64,000 nt of DNA from Candidatus Woesebacteria bacterium UBA1430 (lineage in GTDB: Bacteria; Patescibacteriota; Microgenomatia; UBA8517), in assembly GCA_002329465.1 (NCBI GenBank), contig DCTW01000005.1:4131-68130 (forward strand), read 5' to 3'. Each line of letters begins with the position of its first letter. The stretch's first letter is position 1. The notes beneath the pieces were generated by a model. The model had not been told where the DNA came from, searched no databases, and saw only the letters and a list, made by a program, of their open reading frames with translations. Both the position numbers and the translations under genes were made by a program. Positions 27,478 to 37,352 of this stretch are shown here, piece by piece.

Positions 27478-28016
27478 TCTAAGAGTCCTTTTTTTAAGCC
27501 CTTTCCTAGAACTATCGACGCTTGATCTTCTTTTAGACGGATCGCCCCACAGGGCTTAGATAATTTGTGAGAATCAAAAAGCGAAGCCTTAAATCTCAAT
27601 AAGTCTCGCAACCGTCCCGTTTCCACTTTAGGTATTTTCTTTTTTTCAGGCCATGCGTCAAGATATTCAGAAACTGGTTCTTTATCCATAAAGCTTTCTC
27701 TATGACTTAGATCCGGGATGCCAATTTGTAATAAACAAAATCTATTGGGATGCATTATCAAATATCGATGGTCAACATTATATCGATCTCGCTCAAGATT
27801 AACCCTTATGGGTTTAAGAATTACAACTCCTCCATCATTAATTTGGGCAGCAATAGGAAGATCGGTCAAATTTTGAATATCGGAAATTCTTTGTATGATA
27901 CTGACACGTCTCTCATAAGCACTAATTGCTGCAAGTTCATTTTGAGCGACGGCTTCCTCAAGGTCACTCAGTATATCAGCAGAGGGGACAGGTATATTAT
28001 CATATCTCTCAATCAT
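27474..28016 (-). CDS. Hypothetical protein (180 aa) coupled to the 3' end of rplA.
   Basis: Its start codon lies 8 nt inside the end of rplA. No family recognised. Confidence 0.45.
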   Translation of the reverse strand: MIERYDNIPVPSADILSDLEEAVAQNELAAISAYERRVSIIQRISDIQNLTDLPIAAQINDGGVVILKPIRVNLERDRYNVDHRYLIMHPNRFCLLQIGIPDLSHRESFMDKEPVSEYLDAWPEKKKIPKVETGRLRDLLRFKASLFDSHKLSKPCGAIRLKEDQASIVLGKGLKKGLLE

Positions 28017-28719
28017 TTAAATCAATCTTCACAGAAGGGGACATACTGGCGCAAACATGCGCGCGATCTACGTTTTTGAGGCCAATAGCGTCAAATATTG
28101 CCTTTATATTTTCAGCAATTTTAGAAGGATCCATTGAAAGCTTGCCGACTGTGGTGTGGATAACAGGCTGCTTTTTCTCCGTCTTTATCGTCACGCTTTT
28201 TGCGGAAAAAAACTCAGCTTCCTTTTCGGATTTTATTAGGGTTTTGTTTTTTGGATTAGGCATAAGTCCGCGTGGACCCAAAATTTTTGCAAAAGGTACC
28301 AATTTGGGCATAAATTCGGCAGTTGCTAGAAGTACATCAAAATCTATTTTTCCCGATTCAAGTTTTTTTATTGTTGCTTCACTTGCTAATTCAATGCGTT
28401 TTTCTTTTCCTGTGGAATGCGGTAATTCAAGATTAATTTGAATATCGTCTTTTTTTGTTTTTATATGAAGCTCTACTGTACCGTCAAACTTTGCAAGATG
28501 TGTTTCCTTAATAAGCTTTAGAGCATCTTTAATTGAATAAAGCTTGTTTTTATCTATTTTGGATTTCATTTCTTTATATCTTTTTCCTCGCTCCTTTTTG
28601 GCTCTTTTGGATGATTTTTTGGTTTCTTCTGCCTCTGGTTTTTCAAAAACCGGTTCAGCATTTTTAAGATCTGAAGCTTTTCCTGTTTCTCCGACTATTG
28701 CCGTTTTAGTTTTTCCCAT
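28009..28719 (-). CDS. rplA: Ribosomal protein L1.
   Basis: The motif 'LVPFAKILGPRGLMPNPKNKT' is present. Confidence 0.9.
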   Translation of the reverse strand: MGKTKTAIVGETGKASDLKNAEPVFEKPEAEETKKSSKRAKKERGKRYKEMKSKIDKNKLYSIKDALKLIKETHLAKFDGTVELHIKTKKDDIQINLELPHSTGKEKRIELASEATIKKLESGKIDFDVLLATAEFMPKLVPFAKILGPRGLMPNPKNKTLIKSEKEAEFFSAKSVTIKTEKKQPVIHTTVGKLSMDPSKIAENIKAIFDAIGLKNVDRAHVCASMSPSVKIDLND

Positions 28720-29140
28720 TGATTTTTACCCCCATGCTCCGTGCAGTTCCGGCGACAATTCGCTTCGCCGCTTCAACATCATCGGTATTCAAATCCGCCA
28801 TTTTTTCCCTTGCTATTTCATTAACTTGCGAATCATTTAAAGTACCTACAATATCCCTGGGCGTTGCCCCGGACCCCTTTTCAATTTTTAATGCCTTTTT
28901 AATCATCTCGGAAACAGGAGCAAGCCTAAGCTCGAAATCAAAGCTTCTATCCTCATAAATAGTAATAACAGCCGGGACAACCTGGCCCTTTTTTTCCGCT
29001 GTTTTGTCATTATAAGCCTTGACAAAGTCCATAATAGCTACACCGTGTTGTCCCAAAATAGGCCCGAGCGGAGCAGCGGGCGTTGCTTCCCCGGCTTTCA
29101 GATTTACCTTAACTGTAGTTAAAACTTTCTTTGCAGCCAT
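28706..29140 (-). CDS. rplK: Ribosomal protein L11.
   Basis: The motif 'PAAPLGPILGQHGVAIMDFVKAYN' is present. Confidence 0.9.
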   Translation of the reverse strand: MAAKKVLTTVKVNLKAGEATPAAPLGPILGQHGVAIMDFVKAYNDKTAEKKGQVVPAVITIYEDRSFDFELRLAPVSEMIKKALKIEKGSGATPRDIVGTLNDSQVNEIAREKMADLNTDDVEAAKRIVAGTARSMGVKINGKN

Positions 29141-29244
29141 ATTTAACCATTAACAATCAATCATTATCCATCAAATAGAGGTATTCATATTCTACTATTT
29201 ATTTGCCAAAAGTAAAGATTAGTATTATAAGATAAATATTAGAT

Positions 29245-29487
29245 ATGCCCGAACGAAGATGCATTCATGCTTGCGTTGCAAAAGGCGAGTGTAATCTAGC
29301 AGACGGTTGTGGATGTAATCTAAGGAGGTTGGTACAGGAGTATCCCGAAAACCAACTTGCCTACATACTGTCTGTTTTGGATAAGTACGCGCAAGGCTGC
29401 GAAGAAATTGACGAGCTTCGTCTGGACATTGAAAGGAGGCTTGACTATTTAAACGGCTCCGCCCCACCGGAAATATTTATTGGATAG
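29245..29487 (+). CDS. Small Cys-rich hypothetical protein.
   Basis: An 80-aa ORF containing 'CIHACVAKGECNLADGCGCN'. Confidence 0.3.
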   Translation: MPERRCIHACVAKGECNLADGCGCNLRRLVQEYPENQLAYILSVLDKYAQGCEEIDELRLDIERRLDYLNGSAPPEIFIG

Positions 29488-29496
29488 GCGTGTTTT

Positions 29497-30126
29497 TTAG
29501 TTACTTTCTTCAAAAGATTTCAAAATAGCAACAAGGTCTTGGGTCAGCGACTCTACCACATTTCTTCTTTCTGTTTTACTTAATTTTTTCCACCTCGAAT
29601 GAGAAGATGTCTTGTTTCCGGCATATCTGTCAATTCCAAAAAAATTTTCCTTGATTATATTTAAAGCATTATCTAGATGCGTAAAAACATCACTTTGTAC
29701 ATCGAAAGTAGGAGCAATCTCATGAAATAGTTTCAGAGCTGGATAAACTACAGCAATGCTGTTTCCTGTTAATTTATTTCTATTTAAGAAATTATTAACC
29801 CTCTCACTTGCGCCAGAACCATAAGTATTTTTCACCTCATCCAAAAGGTTTTGTTTTCTTATAGCCCTTTTGGCATGGCTTTTATATGAATCTTCAATTA
29901 TTGGTAAATTAACATATTCTTCCATGGCCGAGAGTATGTTGCCAACAAATTCTCGATCTTTCTCGTTGGTCACGGCAGATAAGTCATACTCCTCCGTTAA
30001 GCCATAATCTTTTGGCGGAATTATTTTTATCGAATATCCGGACTTTTCGATTATTCCCAAAATATCAGAATCGCTTAACTCTAGGCCTTCTCTTGGGTTA
30101 AATCCCTCAATATCTTCATAATTCAT
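29497..30126 (-). CDS. Hypothetical protein.
   Basis: A 209-aa ORF with no recognised motif. Confidence 0.4.
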   Translation of the reverse strand: MNYEDIEGFNPREGLELSDSDILGIIEKSGYSIKIIPPKDYGLTEEYDLSAVTNEKDREFVGNILSAMEEYVNLPIIEDSYKSHAKRAIRKQNLLDEVKNTYGSGASERVNNFLNRNKLTGNSIAVVYPALKLFHEIAPTFDVQSDVFTHLDNALNIIKENFFGIDRYAGNKTSSHSRWKKLSKTERRNVVESLTQDLVAILKSFEESN

Positions 30127-30159
30127 AAATGGATAAATTTATTATATAATAAATTTTCT

Positions 30160-30933
30160 ATGACCGAAGAGAGCGGTGAGCATCAAGATCCATATGATAT
30201 TAATCGTTTTCTTGATACATTTCTCACAGTTTATGAAGGACATCAAAACGAGCAGGGAACTTTATCTAGAGAAGATAGACCCAGGGAAGTAGCAGCAAAA
30301 GTTAGTTCGGTTGGTACAAAAGCCTACTCTTTAATAAATAGAGATCATGCGCCGGAAGAAATAATTCGCGACTTTGCAGACAAAGCACTGGGTAGAATAA
30401 TTGCAAAATATCCACAGGAAGCAGACCGGATTGCAAAAGCAGTAGGCGAAAATAAATATATTAGTCCTTATTCAAATGAAATTAATAAATATGCAGTAGA
30501 TGTAATAAATAGCCTGACCAGAAAGCAACTTGAAGATTTTACAGACGTTGAACTTGTAAATCTGGTCAGAATTGGTGGCGACAGAAATTCTGTTGTTGAA
30601 AAAATGAGAAAACTTCCTTACAAGGAAGGCTTCAGGCTTCGACTGGCTCAATCTTTGGTTTTTGGCGCGGGAGAAGTAGAGGATTTTCAAAAAATGTCTC
30701 ATGTTATAGGCACAACCTGGGCTGGCATTATTCAACGTCTTGATTATCCGTCTAAACAGGAAGAAAAAATAAAATTAGATGAAGCAAGGTCTCTTATGGA
30801 TCAATCTGTCGTTTTCATAAAAGAAAATTTGCCCGGAATAAGCGAAGAAGACTTAAGAGAATATTTTTATTCTGATCGCACACCCGATGCTATCCAAAAG
30901 CTTATTGAACACACCGGCTTCTCACTGGAATAA
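30160..30933 (+). CDS. Hypothetical protein.
   Basis: A 257-aa ORF with no recognised motif. Confidence 0.4.
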   Translation: MTEESGEHQDPYDINRFLDTFLTVYEGHQNEQGTLSREDRPREVAAKVSSVGTKAYSLINRDHAPEEIIRDFADKALGRIIAKYPQEADRIAKAVGENKYISPYSNEINKYAVDVINSLTRKQLEDFTDVELVNLVRIGGDRNSVVEKMRKLPYKEGFRLRLAQSLVFGAGEVEDFQKMSHVIGTTWAGIIQRLDYPSKQEEKIKLDEARSLMDQSVVFIKENLPGISEEDLREYFYSDRTPDAIQKLIEHTGFSLE

Positions 30934-30962
30934 TTTGCCTTTCCAAGTAGATTTGTAAGTTT

Positions 30963-31586
30963 TTAAACCTTCGTCACCTGAAGAAAATCAAGTTCAACCG
31001 GGGTCTCTCTTCCAAAAATAGAAACAAGCACTTTTACCTTTCCTTTTTCCTCATCAACCTCGTTTATTGTTCCAAGAAAATCGCTAAAAGGCCCATCCGT
31101 AATTTTAACGGCTTCTCCGACGGATAGCTTTGTCTTAAACCTGGGAGCAGGAGATGAAATAAACTTTTGGATATTTGAAACCTCGCTTTCCGAAAGGGGA
31201 GTCGGCTGGTTTCCGATTCCCACAAATCCCGTTATTCCGGGAGTTGTCCTCACGGCAAGCCAGCTATTATCATCCAATATCATTTTTACAAGCAAATACC
31301 CCGGGAAAATTTTTTCCTTAATATTTGCCTTTTTGCCTCCCCTTACTATCACCCTGTCTTGAGTAGGCACAAGAAGTTCAAAAATCCGCTCTTTTAAATT
31401 CATAGACTCAACTCTCTGCCTCAAAGTTTCGGCAACTCTTACTTCATGTCCGCTTGCGGTGTGAACAACATACCACTTGGCATTTTCGTCCGAAGTTTTG
31501 CTAACTACAATATGCCCGGGAATTTTTTTCTTTCCCGTGCCTTTTTCGTAAACGCTTTCTTCTTTTTTATTCTGATCTGTATCCAT
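30963..31586 (-). CDS. nusG: Transcription antiterminator NusG.
   Basis: The NGN domain '[11 protein letters not shown]' and a C-terminal KOW domain are present. Confidence 0.9.
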   Translation of the reverse strand: MDTDQNKKEESVYEKGTGKKKIPGHIVVSKTSDENAKWYVVHTASGHEVRVAETLRQRVESMNLKERIFELLVPTQDRVIVRGGKKANIKEKIFPGYLLVKMILDDNSWLAVRTTPGITGFVGIGNQPTPLSESEVSNIQKFISSPAPRFKTKLSVGEAVKITDGPFSDFLGTINEVDEEKGKVKVLVSIFGRETPVELDFLQVTKV

Positions 31587-31591
31587 GTATC

Positions 31592-31777
31592 TTATTTTGC
31601 AATTATTAGCTCAACCAATTTTGTAAAGGCTATATCAAGCCCGCCAAGATATGCGCCCACAATAGCTGAAATCAAAAAAACTACAGCAGTAAGCCTAACC
31701 ACCTCATCCTTTTTTGGCCAATCAACTCTGTCAAGCTCACCCTTAACTTCCTTTAAATAGCCAATTACTGCTTTCAC
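31592..31777 (-). CDS. secE: Preprotein translocase subunit SecE.
   Basis: A 61-aa single-transmembrane protein immediately upstream of nusG. Confidence 0.75.
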   Translation of the reverse strand: MKAVIGYLKEVKGELDRVDWPKKDEVVRLTAVVFLISAIVGAYLGGLDIAFTKLVELIIAK

Positions 31778-31855
31778 AGTTAGCTATTTTATAACATTTA
31801 AGTAAAAATCACAACAAAAAGGGCGTAGAACAAATAAGGTATAATATATCAAAAT

Positions 31856-32275
31856 ATGTCTAGTAAAGCAGAGAGGCTGCGTCGAGCAAAGTCTGCTGTT
31901 AGCCAGGCAGAAAGAAAAAGGAAAGCAAATTCAATCGACACAAATAGCGATGAGTATAAAAAAATATATACTCATTTTATTCCTATTGTCTTTAATTTAG
32001 ACGTAAGCTCTGCGGATCAGGCAGATTATTGGACAAATCTTGAGCCCGATAACCCCATGACGCTTCAGACCGCTTGTTTGCGAATGAAGATTAATGGAGT
32101 AACACACGAAGATTTAGCAAGACACATTGTTTTGACAAACCCAAAAATAATGGCAGCTTTAGCTTTAGGCGGTTTAACAGATCCTCAAGTAAGAAGCGTA
32201 ATAGAAACACTTGCTAACGCAATTTTTGAGCATTATCCTCAAAACTACAAGGATGGATGGGAAAAGAAAGGGTAA
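31856..32275 (+). CDS. Hypothetical protein.
   Basis: A 139-aa ORF. Confidence 0.35.
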   Translation: MSSKAERLRRAKSAVSQAERKRKANSIDTNSDEYKKIYTHFIPIVFNLDVSSADQADYWTNLEPDNPMTLQTACLRMKINGVTHEDLARHIVLTNPKIMAALALGGLTDPQVRSVIETLANAIFEHYPQNYKDGWEKKG

Positions 32276-32915
32276 AGGCCTGCCCGACTTTAGCTACGAA
32301 TCAAAATTTTGGGAAAAAGGGCTTTTAGTTGGGGGAGCGGATGAGGTAGGTAGAGGCGCTCTCGCAGGCCCTGTAATGGCAGGATTTGTAGTATTTAAGC
32401 CAAAAACAAAGCTCGAAGTGGAAATTAACGACTCAAAGCTTCTTTCTCCGCGAAAAAGGGAAGAAGCAAGTCTCTGGATAAAACAAAACGCTCTTTTGTG
32501 GGCGATAGGAGAGTCCGATGTTAATACAATAAACCAAAAAGGCATTGTAAAAGCCACCCAAAAAGCTTTTCGCCGCGCCATTAGCCATCAATCATCAATC
32601 ATTAACCATTTACTTCTTGATGCCTTTTATGTTCCTTATATCAATGGAATAGGCAAAAAAAATCAAACCCCAATCGTTAAAGGGGATCAAAAGGCTATTT
32701 CAATCGCCGCCGCATCAATAATTGCAAAAGTTGAAAGGGATGCAATAATGACATTTCTTTCAAAACAAAAAACGCTAAAAATCTATGCATGGGACAAAAA
32801 TAAAGGCTACGGCACCAAAGCCCACAAAGAAGCAATCATTCGCTTTGGTCCATCAAAAGAGCATAGAAAACTCTTTATCAGTTCTTTCTTTTCTCAAGCT
32901 CAATCTGAAATCTGA
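32253..32915 (+). CDS. rnhB: Ribonuclease HII.
   Basis: The motifs 'VGGADEVGRGALAGPV' and 'DSKLLS' are present. I took the start at the internal ATG 'MDGKRKG' rather than the track start at 32211. Confidence 0.8.
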   Translation: MDGKRKGKGLPDFSYESKFWEKGLLVGGADEVGRGALAGPVMAGFVVFKPKTKLEVEINDSKLLSPRKREEASLWIKQNALLWAIGESDVNTINQKGIVKATQKAFRRAISHQSSIINHLLLDAFYVPYINGIGKKNQTPIVKGDQKAISIAAASIIAKVERDAIMTFLSKQKTLKIYAWDKNKGYGTKAHKEAIIRFGPSKEHRKLFISSFFSQAQSEI

Positions 32916-33069
32916 CTCTCTTTTTTCTTTCGGCACGCTCCTCGGATTTTTTCTTGTATCTTTCCCGGTCTCTAAACTCTGGGATAATCCCGGAAGATAT
33001 TACCTTTTTTCGAAACCTCGCAATTAATTTTTCGTCTGATTCCCCCTTTTTCTTTTTGACGACGACCAT
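32878..33069 (-). CDS. rpsU: Ribosomal protein S21.
   Basis: The motif 'LIARFRKKVISSGIIPEFRDRERYKKKSEERAERKK' is present. Confidence 0.75.
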   Translation of the reverse strand: MVVVKKKKGESDEKLIARFRKKVISSGIIPEFRDRERYKKKSEERAERKKRVRFQIELEKRKN

Positions 33070-33229
33070 TTATAATTTCGCCTCCTTTCATCAAAGCAAT
33101 AAAATTATCTTTCATAAAGCCATCACCTAAAGCCAATTTTAGCAAATTATACTTCAAAAATCATTCCCTAAATTAATTTTCTTGCTTTCCAAAATTATTT
33201 TGGTATATGATTAATCTAGTCCTATATGT

Positions 33230-33943
33230 ATGGCAAATTTTAAAAAGATTAAGCCGCATTATCTTCTGGGTGTATTTTTAATTTTCTTTTTTGTCATTTC
33301 TTTAGCTATAGCCTTAGTTTTAGTACAAAAATCAAAAGAAACATCTGAATCAAAAGCGGCTGCAACAGCAACTCTAAGTATTGCTCCACAAACATCTGTG
33401 CTTTCTCAAAATCAAAACCAGGAATATAAAATAATGCTTAATTCCTCGGTCCAAAACGAAAAAATATTTTTTGTGCGTGTTGACATCGAATTTGATAAAA
33501 ACGCACTCAATTTAGTTAGTATAACTCCTTCGGAAAATTTTGTAATTCCTCAAAAAACCAGCGGAGAAAGCCTGGTTAGTACTCCGGCAGAAGCCAACTC
33601 AAGTGGCAAGTTTTATGCCGTTTTTGTTGTGCCTTCTGATAAATTCTCAAGCGCTCCATTGGGGAATTTCGAAGTGGCAAGCTTTACACTTAAAGGCGTT
33701 GCTTCTACTAATTCAAGCAGCATTTCATTCATCACAAATTCTATGCAGGTAGTAAGCCTTAATAGCGACCCAAATCAAAGAAATCTTATTATCTCACCTC
33801 AAAACGCTTCGGTTACCGTAGGCTCGGGAGCCTCGAGTAGTCCGTCGCCCGATGATGCCAGAGCGGATATTAACAGCGACGGTATAGTAAATTTACTTGA
33901 TTATATAATCCTTTTGGAAAATTTTGGGAAACGTTTTAACTAA
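33230..33943 (+). CDS. Secreted or anchored protein with a cohesin-like domain and a C-terminal dockerin-like repeat.
   Basis: There is an N-terminal transmembrane/signal segment. The C-terminal motif 'DINSDGIVNLLDYIILLENFG' has the dockerin calcium-binding repeat pattern. Confidence 0.5.
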   Translation: MANFKKIKPHYLLGVFLIFFFVISLAIALVLVQKSKETSESKAAATATLSIAPQTSVLSQNQNQEYKIMLNSSVQNEKIFFVRVDIEFDKNALNLVSITPSENFVIPQKTSGESLVSTPAEANSSGKFYAVFVVPSDKFSSAPLGNFEVASFTLKGVASTNSSSISFITNSMQVVSLNSDPNQRNLIISPQNASVTVGSGASSSPSPDDARADINSDGIVNLLDYIILLENFGKRFN

Positions 33944-35123
33944 TATGAAAATTGGAAATAAAGCTCTTTTCATAATTTTTACTCTATTTATTCTTTTAGG
34001 AATTGCCTCAGCGGTTTTCTTAAGTCAAAAAACCCAAATAACCACCAAAAAAACCGCCCCTGCAACACAGCTTTCTTTGGTAGGTGACAAAGCAGCCAGG
34101 CTAAGCGAAGAATATAATCTCTCCGTAAATATGGAAACAGGCGAAAACAATGTAGTGGGAGCCGAGCTATATATTGATTATGACCCGGAATTTCTTGAGC
34201 CTACTGCGGTTTCAAAAGGAGCTTTTATGCAGTCCGCCGATGTAATAGGCCCAAGAATCGAATCGGGGGAGATCTTTTATACACTTATAGTAAAGCCAAA
34301 CGACACACCTGTTACTGGAAGTGGAACTATAGCCCAAATTACTTTTAAGACCCTAAAAACCGGAAACACAAATATTAGTCTAAACGAAGGGAAAACACTG
34401 GCAGTAGCAGTAGGGGAAGGAAGTGTTAATGTAATCACAAAATATTCACCTTTAAGCCTAAATATTTATAACACGTTTGTATCTTTGCGCTTAAGCCCCG
34501 ATAAATCCGGATACAATGTAGGTGACGAAGTTATAATTTATGCCTGGGTAAATAGTGGAGGAGTAGATTTGGTGGGGATCGAAATGTTTATAAAGTACGA
34601 TTCCAATATGCTTCGCTTTGAAAAAGCAGACGCGCTTGATTATTTCCAAAATCCGGATATTGTAGGTCCCAATGTTAACACTGAAGCGGGCACAATCCAC
34701 TATACACAAATTCTTCCTCCCGAAAATCACAACACAAAAGAGCAGGGGAACATTGCTGCCTTCACCTTCACGGCTCTAAAAAGCGGCCAGTCAAGCTTGT
34801 CGTTTATAAATCAGCAGACAATCGCAGTAGCCTATGGCCAAGGCCAGCAAAACGTGCTGAAAGAAGCCTTTCCGGCTGAAGTTTTCGTATCGGGCGCTAC
34901 GGCCTCGCCCGGTCCTTCATTGAGCCCGAGCCCGACTCCGGGCGGAGTTATTCCGGGCGATATAAATAGGGACGGCAAAGTAGATATCCTGGACTACACA
35001 CTTCTTCTTGAGTATTTTAGTAAAGAATCGTCAGCCTATCCCAATGCGGATCTGAATGCAGATGGCAAGATCAACCTTTTGGATTATATAGTACTTTTCG
35101 AAAATTTCGGCGCTTCTTCATAA
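33924..35123 (+). CDS. Secreted protein with two cohesin-like domains and a C-terminal double dockerin-like repeat.
   Basis: The cohesin-like blocks are 'IDYDPEFLEPTAVSKGAF…IAQITFKTLKTGNTNISL' and 'IKYDSNMLRFEKADALDYF…AAFTFTALKSGQSSLSF'. The dockerin-like repeats are 'GDINRDGKVDILDYTLLLEYF' and 'DLNADGKINLLDYIVLFENFG'. Confidence 0.55.
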   Translation: MGNVLTNMKIGNKALFIIFTLFILLGIASAVFLSQKTQITTKKTAPATQLSLVGDKAARLSEEYNLSVNMETGENNVVGAELYIDYDPEFLEPTAVSKGAFMQSADVIGPRIESGEIFYTLIVKPNDTPVTGSGTIAQITFKTLKTGNTNISLNEGKTLAVAVGEGSVNVITKYSPLSLNIYNTFVSLRLSPDKSGYNVGDEVIIYAWVNSGGVDLVGIEMFIKYDSNMLRFEKADALDYFQNPDIVGPNVNTEAGTIHYTQILPPENHNTKEQGNIAAFTFTALKSGQSSLSFINQQTIAVAYGQGQQNVLKEAFPAEVFVSGATASPGPSLSPSPTPGGVIPGDINRDGKVDILDYTLLLEYFSKESSAYPNADLNADGKINLLDYIVLFENFGASS

Positions 35124-35654
35124 ATGCCAAAAATTCGGATAAAAATTTTTTTGATTGGAATAGCGATTATCGCATTGTCGATTTTTGTTTATTTTACTTT
35201 TTCTTCAAAAAACAATGATTCAGAAGATGGCTTTGATGCAGTTTTTAGCGGGCACGAAAAAGCTTGGCAAAAAGGGGAGATCAATTCGCTTACAATATCG
35301 CTCAAAGAGGGAGTCGGAAAAGACTCCTTTCTTCACGCAGTAGCATTTACCATAAGTTTTGATCCAGAAACGCTCGAGCCGATATCTGTCCATGAAGGCA
35401 CAATCTGGAGCAAAACAAACAAACTCGAAGAAAAGATAGATCATTCCCTCGGATTAATCAAAGTAAGCTACGGAATGGCTTTTGATGGAGAGATTGTTGA
35501 AGGTGCAAAAACGCTCGCTTCGTTCGAATTTAAAGTAATTGGTGATAAGAATGAAGTCGAGATAATTCCACTTGCAAAAAGTGCAGCGCGCATGGGCGAG
35601 CGCGATTACCTTTGGATAAATCTAAAACCGGCTATCCTAAAGATAAAACAATAA
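35124..35654 (+). CDS. Small cohesin-like secreted protein.
   Basis: An N-terminal transmembrane/signal segment is followed by 'TISFDPETLEPISVHEGTIW…ASFEFKVIGDKNEVEI'. Confidence 0.45.
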   Translation: MPKIRIKIFLIGIAIIALSIFVYFTFSSKNNDSEDGFDAVFSGHEKAWQKGEINSLTISLKEGVGKDSFLHAVAFTISFDPETLEPISVHEGTIWSKTNKLEEKIDHSLGLIKVSYGMAFDGEIVEGAKTLASFEFKVIGDKNEVEIIPLAKSAARMGERDYLWINLKPAILKIKQ

Positions 35655-35794
35655 CACCAAAAAGCATCACTAATGCACCTACAATCCTTTCTTTTAATTC
35701 TCGCTCTCCCAAAAATACGCTACCCATAATTATCGTAAATATCATACTTAGCTTAAAAACAGCTGTTGCATTGAAGTGTTATAATATTTCCATT

Positions 35795-36838
35795 ATGGGC
35801 GAAGATCCAGGAAGTCCCCGTGATCCGGAACGCCGATATGCGCGCGTCGATGCTACTCTAAATTACAGAAAAGAACTGGAAGAGAATCTAAACGTGGCTT
35901 ATCCGGAAATAACATGGGAAAATATTGACGATTTTAGAAACGGCAAGATCCCCTTCGGTTCAATTAATCTGAAAGAAAAAGATATAAAATTAATAGGCAA
36001 TGTTTTAACATCTGCACTAGAAAGAGCTTCAGATCCACAAGATGTCGCACACAGCACCCACGGTGCAGAGCACGATGTCTATCAAGAAACTTTATCTGTT
36101 TTAGCAGAACATATTGAAGAAGGACAATATTCGATTAGAAGGTCTCGCTCCTACATTAAAATAACCACAGATGCCGGAATCGAAAGAATTCCGATTGAAA
36201 GATTTGTTCTCGAGGGACAACAATTTTTAAGAACCACTTATCGTCCCGAAGCTATTGAAGAGGCGGAATCCTTAAAAAAAGAAAACGACCTTAAAAAAGT
36301 AAATAAAGAGCTAAGAAGAATATGTTTGAGCCGTGGCGTGCCTTACGGCATTCTCGTAGCTACTTATTTTGGATTTAGCCATGACAATATTTTCTCGTTT
36401 TTTGCTGAACCAAACTTTCAAAAAAGCTTAAAAGATGAACTTGGAGATAAAATCAAAATTCCTACACGCAATCGAAAACAAGATGCAAATATGCTTCGTC
36501 AGCTGTCAAACAATATAGTTGTTAGGACAGCAAGTGGCGAAATTTATCCCCAAAGATCAGCCGATGCGCACCAAAAAGGCCTAGAAACTCTTCTCCATTT
36601 CGGGTGGATAGAAAAAGATCAAGTTAGGAAACCGCCGTTATTAATGAAAGAAGTTGAAGACCTGGCTACCCCCAAGGCAATTCTCGTTGGGATGACAGAG
36701 GCGGCACAAAGAAGAGCCTCGAAATCGTATAAAGATCCAGACAAATCCGAATACATATTAGACGAATATTCTAATGTTTCGACAACGATGGTTGTCACGG
36801 CTTATCTGGAAATCCAACCGGTGGACAGTAACGCCTAG
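35795..36838 (+). CDS. Hypothetical protein.
   Basis: A 347-aa ORF taken from the ATG at 35795. The track start at 35612 overlaps the previous gene. Confidence 0.4.
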   Translation: MGEDPGSPRDPERRYARVDATLNYRKELEENLNVAYPEITWENIDDFRNGKIPFGSINLKEKDIKLIGNVLTSALERASDPQDVAHSTHGAEHDVYQETLSVLAEHIEEGQYSIRRSRSYIKITTDAGIERIPIERFVLEGQQFLRTTYRPEAIEEAESLKKENDLKKVNKELRRICLSRGVPYGILVATYFGFSHDNIFSFFAEPNFQKSLKDELGDKIKIPTRNRKQDANMLRQLSNNIVVRTASGEIYPQRSADAHQKGLETLLHFGWIEKDQVRKPPLLMKEVEDLATPKAILVGMTEAAQRRASKSYKDPDKSEYILDEYSNVSTTMVVTAYLEIQPVDSNA

Positions 36839-37233
36839 TTAATTCCCTTAAACGCCTGTCGGGCAAGCCAGTTTGAAAAAGATATTGCAAAACCGCAAGC
36901 CAAAGCCCAAGTAAAACGAGAAACTCCAAATCCGCTTACATCAGCCGCTCTTGCGGTAAGCCAAACCCCGGCACCGGCCGCCAGCCAATAATAAAGAAAC
37001 ATCGCGTATCTGCCTTTTTTATTTAAATTAAAAGTCTTTGCCAACCCCTTTGCCATAAATAGAAGCACAGTTAAAAAAAATCCCGAAAATATTGCAGCGG
37101 ATGGGGTAGTAATATATTCATTCCCAAGCTCAAACATATCAGGAAACAGCGAGTCAGCAAGCGACAAAACAAGGGCATTAAGAGTCCAGTATCCGATAAA
37201 CTTTATACAAAATTTTTTATCCACTTTCCTCAC
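36835..37233 (-). CDS. Hypothetical membrane protein.
   Basis: A 132-aa ORF with four hydrophobic helices. Confidence 0.4.
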   Translation of the reverse strand: MRKVDKKFCIKFIGYWTLNALVLSLADSLFPDMFELGNEYITTPSAAIFSGFFLTVLLFMAKGLAKTFNLNKKGRYAMFLYYWLAAGAGVWLTARAADVSGFGVSRFTWALACGFAISFSNWLARQAFKGIN

Positions 37234-37352
37234 CCCCTTGCTTAAAAAAACATTCCTACATTCAGAATAGAATTATCACAAGATTCCTGTCAAATTAGAA
37301 ACAATCTGGCACGAAACCAGCTCATTTGATGTTGAAAGATTGGGGTAATTTC

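Noticed and set aside
28544-28958. Plus-strand ORFs (98 and 79 aa) overlapping rplA and rplK.
   Set aside because: They are antisense shadows of conserved ribosomal genes.
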